A stretch of DNA of 32,000 nucleotides from Gammaproteobacteria bacterium. GTDB lineage: Bacteria > Pseudomonadota > Gammaproteobacteria > JBIOEC01. The stretch is from contig OZ257143.1 in the NCBI GenBank assembly GCA_965279305.1, forward strand, positions 1,440,001 to 1,472,000, given 5' to 3'. Below the pieces are notes generated by a model. It saw nothing but the letters and a program-made list of their open reading frames with translations, was not told the DNA's origin and ran no database searches. Position numbers and translations under genes: made by a program. Shown here one piece after another: positions 25,783-32,000 of the stretch; within the stretch, counting starts at the first letter, position 1; the number at the start of each line of letters is the position of its first letter.

Positions 25783-26160
25783 ATGACTGAAGTCGCTATT
25801 ATCGTATTTTTATCTGAACTGGTAATTATATCTGGTGCTCTGACCTGTTGGTTTGCGGCTAAATGTTATTACTATAAAAAACGCCAAAAAGAATCGGTTG
25901 ATCTGATCCAGAGTACCTGGAAACGTCAGCAGCACCTTTATGGTGAAGTGTTACGCAAACGCTTAGGAGTTATCTATCAAGCGGAAGGTGAGGATTTGGC
26001 TTGTATGGTGGATGCCGTTCTTCAGCGTGAGCAACAATTAGTTAATCAGCTTATTTCTTGCTTGGCGGATCCGGAACCACAGCATTTATCTGAGCTAATG
26101 CACTTTATTAACCGTCATGGAGATATCTATTGCCAATTGGCCTCCAGGAAGGCCGGATAG
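25783..26160 (+). CDS. Small N-terminally membrane-anchored helical protein of unknown function, co-oriented with the vWA gene
   Basis: It lies 15 nt downstream of the vWA gene, and the pair shares the terminator at 26197-26226. The N-terminal TM helix is VAIIVFLSELVIISGALTCWFAA, followed by basic KKRQK. No recognisable motif was found. Confidence 0.55.
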   Translation: MTEVAIIVFLSELVIISGALTCWFAAKCYYYKKRQKESVDLIQSTWKRQQHLYGEVLRKRLGVIYQAEGEDLACMVDAVLQREQQLVNQLISCLADPEPQHLSELMHFINRHGDIYCQLASRKAG

Positions 26161-26196
26161 TCCCTCGTTTTTACTCTCCTCGATATGTGATATTCT

Positions 26197-26226
26197 TGCC
26201 TGCATCATACGCAGGCATTTTTTTTT
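26197..26226 (+). terminator. Rho-independent terminator after the vWA two-gene unit
   Basis: TGCCTGC (26197-26203) pairs with GCAGGCA (26211-26217), followed by a T9 run (26218-26226). Confidence 0.85.
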
Positions 26227-26231
26227 CCAAG

Positions 26232-26240
26232 TGCTATAAT
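26232..26240 (+). promoter_or_regulatory. Candidate extended -10 promoter element for the malic enzyme gene
   Basis: TGcTATAAT lies 27 nt upstream of the ATG at 26267 and immediately after the upstream terminator. Confidence 0.4.
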
Positions 26241-26266
26241 TACATACAATATGGTTATGGAAGTAT

Positions 26267-28003
26267 ATGTTACCTTTTAAATTTTGTTTAAATCAGACTA
26301 CCCGCGAGCGCTGGATTGAAACCAGCATCACTGGCAAAGCTTTGCTTAATACCCCCTTACTCAATAAGGGTACTGCTTTTTCCTATGATGAACGCCGTAC
26401 TTTCGGGCTTTTAGGTAAGCTCCCTCAGCGCATTGAAACCTTAGATGAGCAGGTTGAGCGCGCTTATCAGCAAACCATGAGCTATGAGTACGATAAGCTC
26501 CAACAAAATATTTATCTTAATAATCTTCATGATCGCAATGAAACGGTTTTTTATCGTCTTTTGATAGAACACATGGAACAACTCTTACCGGTTATCTACA
26601 CACCTATTGTTGGTGCTGCGGTTAAACATCATGGCCGAGAATTCAGACAGCCTAGAGGAATTTATATTGCTTATCCTGATAGAGAACATATTGCTGAAAT
26701 ATTAGAGAATCGTTCTCATCCCGATATTCGTTTAGTAGTTGCCACTGATGGTGAAGGTGTTTTAGGTATTGGCGATCAGGGAGTAGGGGCTATTGATATC
26801 CCTATCGCTAAATTAGTGGTCTACACCTTATGTGCTGGCATTAATCCCGCTTATACATTACCTATTATGTTAGATGTAGGAACCAATAACCAAGAGCTTT
26901 TAAATGATCCTTATTATTTAGGTTGGCGCCATCCGCGTATTTCGCGCGAAGAATACGATGGGTTTATTCAAGATTTTATTGTGGCCATGAATAAAAAATT
27001 TCCAAGTGTCTTTTTACATTGGGAAGATTTAGGCCGTGATAATGCTAGCCGTATGTTAGAGCGTTATCAGAAAGATATGTGTACTTTTAATGATGATATA
27101 CAAGGAACTGGTGCTGTCGCTTTAGCCGGCGTCTTGTCTGCTATTAAAGTAACCGGCGAACCTTTAACCAAACAAAAAGTCATTATTTTTGGTGCGGGTA
27201 GTGCAGGCATGGGAATGGCAGAACAAATTTTTGATGCCATGATCCGCTCTGGCATGAGTCGTGAAGCAGCTGCACAACAATTTTGGTTGGTGGATCGTAA
27301 AGGTCTTATTACCGATGACATGTCTGATCTTACGGATGCACAAAAACCGTTTGCGCGCCATATTGCCAATCAGCAAAAAGAAACGGAAAAATGGACTCGC
27401 AATGCGTCAGGCCATATTGAATTACTCACTGTGATTGAACAAGTGAAACCTACTGTACTCATTGGAAGTTCTACCGTGTTTGGTGCGTTTAATGAAAAAA
27501 TTGTGAAGACAATGGCAAAATATTGTGATCGTCCTATTATTTTTCCTATGTCTAATCCTACCGAATTATCTGAAGCGGATCCCAAAGATTTATTAAAATG
27601 GACTAAAGGAAAAGCATTGGTAGCCAGTGGCAGTCCTTTTGAAGAAGAGCATGATGAGCATACAAAACCGTTGCCGATAGCCCAATGTAACAACGCGTTA
27701 ATTTTTCCTGGATTAGGTTTAGGTGTTTTAGCAGCAAAAGCCAATCGATTAACCGATAATATGTTATGGGAAGCCTCTCAAGCATTAGCCGCCGCTGCGC
27801 CCGTACATCAAGATCCGTCTGGCGCTATTCTTCCTGCTATTAGTCAAATGAGAGAATTGCGTGTGGTTATTGCAAAAGCCGTGATGGAGCAAGCGCAGCG
27901 TGATGGTGTGGCTGAAGCGGATTTTTCTCAAGGGATCGATATGTTAATTGATGCGGTGAGTTGGGAACCGTATTATTTACCTCTCAAAAAATGGGTAGAA
28001 TAA
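26267..28003 (+). CDS. maeA: NAD-dependent malic enzyme (oxaloacetate-decarboxylating)
   Basis: Blocks match my recall of E. coli MaeA/SfcA: PLLNKGTAFSYDERRTFGLLGKLP, VIYTPIVGAA, FNDDIQGTGAV, and the dinucleotide motif IFGAGSAGMGMA. The length is 578 aa. Confidence 0.93.
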   Translation: MLPFKFCLNQTTRERWIETSITGKALLNTPLLNKGTAFSYDERRTFGLLGKLPQRIETLDEQVERAYQQTMSYEYDKLQQNIYLNNLHDRNETVFYRLLIEHMEQLLPVIYTPIVGAAVKHHGREFRQPRGIYIAYPDREHIAEILENRSHPDIRLVVATDGEGVLGIGDQGVGAIDIPIAKLVVYTLCAGINPAYTLPIMLDVGTNNQELLNDPYYLGWRHPRISREEYDGFIQDFIVAMNKKFPSVFLHWEDLGRDNASRMLERYQKDMCTFNDDIQGTGAVALAGVLSAIKVTGEPLTKQKVIIFGAGSAGMGMAEQIFDAMIRSGMSREAAAQQFWLVDRKGLITDDMSDLTDAQKPFARHIANQQKETEKWTRNASGHIELLTVIEQVKPTVLIGSSTVFGAFNEKIVKTMAKYCDRPIIFPMSNPTELSEADPKDLLKWTKGKALVASGSPFEEEHDEHTKPLPIAQCNNALIFPGLGLGVLAAKANRLTDNMLWEASQALAAAAPVHQDPSGAILPAISQMRELRVVIAKAVMEQAQRDGVAEADFSQGIDMLIDAVSWEPYYLPLKKWVE

Positions 28004-28006
28004 AAC

Positions 28007-28780
28007 ATGTTGGTTGATTCTCATTGTCATCTCGATAGAATTGATCTCACTCCTTACGATAATGATTTAAATAAAGCACTCGCTTTTGCACGTGCTGAAG
28101 GCGTTGAATATTTTTTATGTGTAGGTGTGGATCTTAATGAAATTCCAGGCCTTATTGCTATTGCTGAAAAATATCCTGATATCAGTGTTGCAGCCGGCGA
28201 GCATCCTACCGAACATCCTGGCGAGTATATTTCTGTTGAAACTTTAGCTCATTGGGTTTCTCACCCCAAAGTGATTGCCGTAGGCGAAACAGGTTTAGAT
28301 TATTACCGTGTTGAAGAAAATATGGCGTGGCAGCATGATCGCTTTCGCATGCATATTCAAGTAGCCAAACAATATAAAAAACCACTTGTTGTACATACAC
28401 GAATGGCTAAAGAAGATACTTTGCGTATTTTAAAAGAAGAAAACGCGCAAGAAGTAGGTGGGGTTTTGCATTGTTTTACTGAAGATTTAGATATGGCTTT
28501 GCGAGCTATTGAAATGGGTTTTTATATTTCATTTTCAGGCATTGTTACTTTTAAAAATGCAAAAGATTTGCAAGAGATTGCTCGTGTTTTACCATTAGAA
28601 AAAATATTAGTAGAAACCGATTGCCCGTATTTAGCGCCGGTTCCTTTTAGAGGAAAACCTAATGTTCCTGCTTATGTGCGTTACACCGCCGAGTACATTG
28701 CGCAACTACGAAATATTCCTTTCGAAGAAGTGGCCCGCCAAACCACTCAAAATTTCTATCAGCTTTTCAATCTAAGTTAA
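28007..28780 (+). CDS. TatD family metal-dependent hydrolase/DNase (YcfH-like)
   Basis: MLVDSHCHLD, GETGLDYY, VVHTR, LHCF and ETDCPYLAP are the conserved TatD metal-ligand blocks. The start is 3 nt after the maeA stop. Confidence 0.9.
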   Translation: MLVDSHCHLDRIDLTPYDNDLNKALAFARAEGVEYFLCVGVDLNEIPGLIAIAEKYPDISVAAGEHPTEHPGEYISVETLAHWVSHPKVIAVGETGLDYYRVEENMAWQHDRFRMHIQVAKQYKKPLVVHTRMAKEDTLRILKEENAQEVGGVLHCFTEDLDMALRAIEMGFYISFSGIVTFKNAKDLQEIARVLPLEKILVETDCPYLAPVPFRGKPNVPAYVRYTAEYIAQLRNIPFEEVARQTTQNFYQLFNLS

Positions 28781-28950
28781 TATTCTTTACTAATACGTTT
28801 CTTTTTTGAACAAATATTTTTGTTATATTCACATTTACTCATTAAAAATGGCTAGGTTGTGATCTATATGTTAGTATTTACCGCTTAATATCAAGTTAAC
28901 TGTTAGCATTTTTTTATATTTATGTATCTTAATAACTAAGGACGATTTAA

Positions 28951-29730
28951 ATGAGAATAACAACAAAATTGACCACATTTTTAATAGCTTCTAGTATTTC
29001 ATCTTTATCAGGTGCTGCGGAATTTATTTATTTTGATAAACTTTCTGAAAGAATGGAAGAATTAGAAATTCGTCCGGTTCTAGGTGCAACGGGTGGTTTA
29101 GCTTTTGCTAAGGTAGATGCGAATGCTAACTATGCTGTGGGTGACACTATTTATGATTACGATTCTCATCAGAGCGAACAAACTCGCGGTGTGTGGGGCT
29201 TATTTGCAGGTGTAGAGCTCGAATGGAATAGATTTTGGGAGTGGCAAACCGGTATTGCTTATTACCAGCAAACACCTTTTTCTTCAGAAGGGATACTTAT
29301 TCAGAATGCGAGTGAGATTTCTCCTGACTCTTTTAGCTATCACTTTAAAGTAAGAACCTACCAAATTTTATGGGAAAACAAATGGTTAACAGAATGGAAA
29401 GAGCGTTATCATCCTTATTTTTCTGTGGGTGTAGGTGCTTCTGTTAATAAAGCCGAAGATTATAAGACCAATGTAAATCCATTTTTAGCTTTTACACCTC
29501 AGTATAATAATAATTCAACAACGGCATTTACTTATAGTTTTGGAGTCGGTGTGGATTATGATGTGGTGGAAGACTGCGTTCGTTTAGGTTTAGGTTATCG
29601 TTTTACTGATTTAGGAAAGGCGGGATTAGAAAAATCTTATTTGGATACGACAGAGCTTAAACATAGTCTACAGACGAATAATTTATATAATCAGGAAATT
29701 ATTTTGCAGTTAACCTATTTAATGCCCTAA
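28951..29730 (+). CDS. Outer-membrane beta-barrel protein, paralog of the CDS at 1793-2599
   Basis: There is a signal peptide (…SSLSGAAE). Blocks align to the first OMP: PYFSVGVGASVNKAEDY versus PFIDVGVGVAFNTSSGY, and TTAFTYSFGVGVDY...LGLGYRFTDLGKAGLEKS versus TTSFAWRAGLGLDY...LGIIARYSDLGDARTGKS. RBS AAGGA is upstream. Confidence 0.75.
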   Translation: MRITTKLTTFLIASSISSLSGAAEFIYFDKLSERMEELEIRPVLGATGGLAFAKVDANANYAVGDTIYDYDSHQSEQTRGVWGLFAGVELEWNRFWEWQTGIAYYQQTPFSSEGILIQNASEISPDSFSYHFKVRTYQILWENKWLTEWKERYHPYFSVGVGASVNKAEDYKTNVNPFLAFTPQYNNNSTTAFTYSFGVGVDYDVVEDCVRLGLGYRFTDLGKAGLEKSYLDTTELKHSLQTNNLYNQEIILQLTYLMP

Positions 29731-29757
29731 AACTAAAAAAATAAAAGGAATTAGACC

Positions 29758-31824
29758 ATGACAATTAAAAAGATTTTGCTTTCTCTATGTGCGCTTGCTT
29801 CTTTAGGAATAGGTGTTGCTTATGCAGCACCTTTTACTATTGTTCCAAATGGAGCTTTGCCTACCACGGTTAGTGAAGGTGGTACTGTAGATGCTGCATA
29901 TACGGTGACAAGTGGTATGTCTGTTGATCGAAACGGAGTATTTGTTAAATACTTGCCACCTAATGTATCTATTGGTTCGGGTGGATGTGGTGAAACATTT
30001 AATTTGGCGGCAGGTGCTAGCTGTACTTTAAATCTAGTGATATCAGGTGCAGTGAATGGAAATGATCCTAATCCTGCAAACCATTTATTTATTTGCACCT
30101 CTGATGGTACTACTTGTTCGGGTACCAATTATCCTTTAAATGTGACAGAGACCAGCGGCCCTGTAGTTCCTGTTGCCCAATATCCTATGCTAATTCCTTT
30201 TAACTTTGCTCTTAATGAAAAGCTTGATATGGATGGCCCCTATGCTATCGATAGTACCACGGGTCCCTTGCCAGAAGATTTTGTGGGTAATGGTTTTTTT
30301 AATGCGGTTTCTTGTGGATCGAGTAGTTGCATAGCCGTGGGGAAATATACCGCATCATCTTCAGTGGTTTATCCAATGATCGCTAAAGGTGATACCTCAG
30401 GCGCTAACTGGAGTTATGTGATTGATAAAACAACGGGTACATTGCCTCCTGACTACTCTACTGGAGGAAGTTTTAATACGGTGAGTTGCTCAGGCACTAC
30501 GTGCGTGGCAGGAGGGCGTTATGTTGATACAGGAACAGGTGCGTTTCTTATGATGGCAGTGAGTACGGATAGCGGAACAACATGGACGTATCCTATTAAC
30601 AATACCGTTCCTACTTGGCCTGCTTCTTTTGCAAATGCTACTGCGAACGTAGCTAACTTTACCGATGTTGATTGCGTTGATGCAAACCGCTGTGTGGCTT
30701 CAGGCACGTACACCGCTTCTGTTCCCACTACTACGGCTTATCCTCTAGTGGCCATAACCTCCAACGCAGGATCCACATGGAGTTATGTGATTGAAGAAGG
30801 AACCGGGTTACCTGGAGATTTTGATTCGGCAGGTGCCTTTAATGGTGTGGACTGTACGGGCTCAGGAACAACCGCTGTTTGTGCTGTTGGCGGAACCTAT
30901 AATAATGGCTCTTTGGTTTATCCATTGTTGGCAACCAGTGTTAATACAGGTACTGCCTGGACCTATAGAGTAAGTAGTTCTAATGCTCCTACTACTTATG
31001 GTAGTGCAGGAGTTATTAATGGCGTGGCTTGCTCAGGCGCAACCACTACTTCAACCTGTGCTGGTGTGGGTAGTTACACTAACGGTATCGCAGAGCAAAC
31101 TATGTTTTTTGCTTTAGGTGTAAACGCAGGGGCAGGATCGCCCACATGGAGTTTCCCTATAGAATCTGGGAGTGTTCTTCCTGCCAGCTATAATGCGCAG
31201 GCTAGCTTTAACGATGTCTCTTGCACAGGTGCAACGACTAGCACTATTTGTGCAGCGGGCGGTAGTTATTCGGCAGGTGGGCAACCCATACCTATGCTGG
31301 CTGTTACCATTGATAATGGAAATTCGTTTGGCTATTTTGTTGATAACAGTGCTGGAGAACCTTCTGGTACTGTTACTACAGGAGTTTTTACAGATGCTAG
31401 TTGCACACAAACCGGTGGCTCTCCACGCTGTATTTTAGGCGGACATTATACTGATGGTGGCGTGCAGTATCCCATGGTAAGTCTCAGCACCGATGGAGGA
31501 TTAACTTTCTCATATGTTGTGAAACAAGCTCTGCGTTTACCACCTGATTATGCTTCTGCAGGTAATATGGGGACCGTTCTTTGCAATAGTGCTTTTTGTA
31601 TGGCAGCAGGTGAGTATGTTAATGAAGCTACTTTTGTAAATGAAGAAAATGCATGGAATTATTGGTTGACTGAGGTTAATACCTTGCGTACGGATTATCA
31701 TCCTAAGTTACTCGCCCATGTGAATGTTCCTTTGAGCCCTATGGCTTCACTCGGAATAGCTCCGCTAGGAAATGAAAGCAGTAACGATAGCCTAATAGGA
31801 TGGTTATCTCGTTTCTTTGGATAG
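29758..31824 (+). CDS. Secreted Ig-like (ASH/choice-of-anchor-D-like) plus Asp-box-like beta-propeller protein, paralog-class of the CDS at 2612-4228
   Basis: The signal peptide ends in VAYA. The N-terminal domain has GCGETFNLAAGASCTLNLVISG and FICTSDGTTC. About 7-8 repeats of ~60 aa follow, each with FNxVxC-x(2-8)-C-[IV]-[AG]-x-G-x-Y, YP[ML], and a [ST]x[DN]xGx[TS][WF]xY box (GDTSGANWSY, STDSGTTWTY, TSNAGSTWSY, SVNTGTAWTY, STDGGLTFSY). Confidence 0.8.
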   Translation: MTIKKILLSLCALASLGIGVAYAAPFTIVPNGALPTTVSEGGTVDAAYTVTSGMSVDRNGVFVKYLPPNVSIGSGGCGETFNLAAGASCTLNLVISGAVNGNDPNPANHLFICTSDGTTCSGTNYPLNVTETSGPVVPVAQYPMLIPFNFALNEKLDMDGPYAIDSTTGPLPEDFVGNGFFNAVSCGSSSCIAVGKYTASSSVVYPMIAKGDTSGANWSYVIDKTTGTLPPDYSTGGSFNTVSCSGTTCVAGGRYVDTGTGAFLMMAVSTDSGTTWTYPINNTVPTWPASFANATANVANFTDVDCVDANRCVASGTYTASVPTTTAYPLVAITSNAGSTWSYVIEEGTGLPGDFDSAGAFNGVDCTGSGTTAVCAVGGTYNNGSLVYPLLATSVNTGTAWTYRVSSSNAPTTYGSAGVINGVACSGATTTSTCAGVGSYTNGIAEQTMFFALGVNAGAGSPTWSFPIESGSVLPASYNAQASFNDVSCTGATTSTICAAGGSYSAGGQPIPMLAVTIDNGNSFGYFVDNSAGEPSGTVTTGVFTDASCTQTGGSPRCILGGHYTDGGVQYPMVSLSTDGGLTFSYVVKQALRLPPDYASAGNMGTVLCNSAFCMAAGEYVNEATFVNEENAWNYWLTEVNTLRTDYHPKLLAHVNVPLSPMASLGIAPLGNESSNDSLIGWLSRFFG
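30295..31617 (+). repeat. Tandem ~58-65-aa coding repeats (propeller blades), each with a Cys pair
   Basis: The aromatic residues of the Asp-box-like motifs fall at residues 218, 276, 341, 401, 464, 524 and 584. Each is preceded by VSCGSSSCIAVGKY, VSCSGTTCVAGGRY, VDCVDANRCVASGTY, VDCTGSGTTAVCAVGGTY, VACSGATTTSTCAGVGSY, VSCTGATTSTICAAGGSY or ASCTQTGGSPRCILGGHY. Confidence 0.65.
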
Positions 31825-31833
31825 TATGTATGT

Positions 31834-31865
31834 ACTGTCATTCCCACAAAAGTGGGAATGACAGT
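31834..31865. terminator. Perfect 14-bp hairpin (REP-like palindrome) serving as a terminator between convergent reading frames
   Basis: ACTGTCATTCCCAC (31834-31847), AAAA loop, GTGGGAATGACAGT (31852-31865). It begins 10 nt after the TAG at 31822-31824. A degenerate half-copy GTAATTCCCGCAAGC lies at 31879-31893. Confidence 0.7.
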
Positions 31866-32000
31866 TACCAATGATTTCGTAATTCCCGCAAGCAAATAAA
31901 AACGTCATGCTGATTCGCATTTGATTCGAGTTCTGGAAAATCTTTTTGAAGGGTTTGAATAATATTTTGGGAATCTAATCTAAAAAAGGGATTTATTTGT
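31865..32000 (-). CDS. Tentative 3' end of a minus-strand gene continuing beyond the window (unknown product)
   Basis: A 44-codon open frame runs from the window edge to TAA (complement of 31865-31867). It reads ...LDSQNIIQTLQKDFPELESNANQHDVFICLRELRNHW. It is too short for the ORF track. It is supported only by its openness in an AT-rich context and by ending at the hairpin. Confidence 0.3.
   Translation of the reverse strand, partial: QINPFFRLDSQNIIQTLQKDFPELESNANQHDVFICLRELRNHW

Noticed and set aside
31833-31866. The CTGT...ACAG ends of the REP-like hairpin as a possible LexA box.
   Set aside because: The spacing between CTGT and ACAG is 22 nt rather than 8. The symmetry is explained by the hairpin itself.
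237-31895. Numerous 60-124-aa ORFs on the strand opposite to, or in a different frame within, long recognisable genes (e.g. 237-506, 1386-1580, 2636-2959, 4527-4841, 9489-9758, 13980-14192, 17720-18001, 18864-19145, 25012-25371, 27067-27744, 29820-30128, 30791-30973, 31114-31438, 31698-31895).
   Set aside because: Each lies wholly or largely within a gene that has strong motif support. They lack RBS, and their compositions are odd (Cys/Arg/Ser-rich shadow frames). I treat them as shadow ORFs.
1-32000. CRISPR arrays, tRNA/rRNA genes, IS elements, integrase or phage genes.
   Set aside because: I saw no regularly spaced direct repeats, no cloverleaf-like or rRNA-like conserved stretches in the intergenic regions, and no transposase or integrase motifs in any listed ORF. 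A covariance-model scan would be needed to exclude small RNAs formally.

Overview
This is an AT-rich gammaproteobacterial chromosome segment. Its gene content (a eukaryote-like LRR-kinase, an Rpn nuclease, an H1-like protein, REP-like palindromes) suggests a Legionellales-like intracellular or amoeba-associated organism, but that taxonomic call is inference only. I support 25 CDS plus one tentative partial CDS at the right edge. I saw no rRNA, tRNA, CRISPR array or IS element. The housekeeping backbone is gshA, lexA, tsaB, a TetR regulator, rlmD-relA-adk, dps, ptrB, acnA and maeA followed by a tatD-family gene. Accessory genes are interspersed among these. The most notable observations are: (1) A module of a small OMP beta-barrel gene followed by a secreted Ig-like plus Asp-box beta-propeller gene, with a conserved Cys pair in every blade, occurs twice (1793-4228 and 28951-31824). 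The first copy is extended by a polytopic membrane spermidine-synthase-like gene. This is my best candidate for an undescribed envelope or surface system. (2) The lexA ortholog keeps its DNA-binding domain, Ala-Gly cleavage site and catalytic Lys, but the Ser119-equivalent nucleophile is Gly. (3) An Rpn-family nuclease gene carries a perfect internal Shine-Dalgarno plus an in-frame ATG that would give an RpnS-like C-terminal small protein. (4) A 5'-truncated gene encodes RI-type LRRs fused to a eukaryotic-like Ser/Thr kinase. (5) An H1-like basic protein gene sits next to dps, behind phased T-tracts and a palindrome. (6) Other accessory items are a membrane-anchored helical-repeat protein with a degenerate FGE-sulfatase-like domain, a vWA two-gene module, and several structured intergenic elements. 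All functional calls come from motif recognition by eye on the supplied translations. No database search or computation was run.
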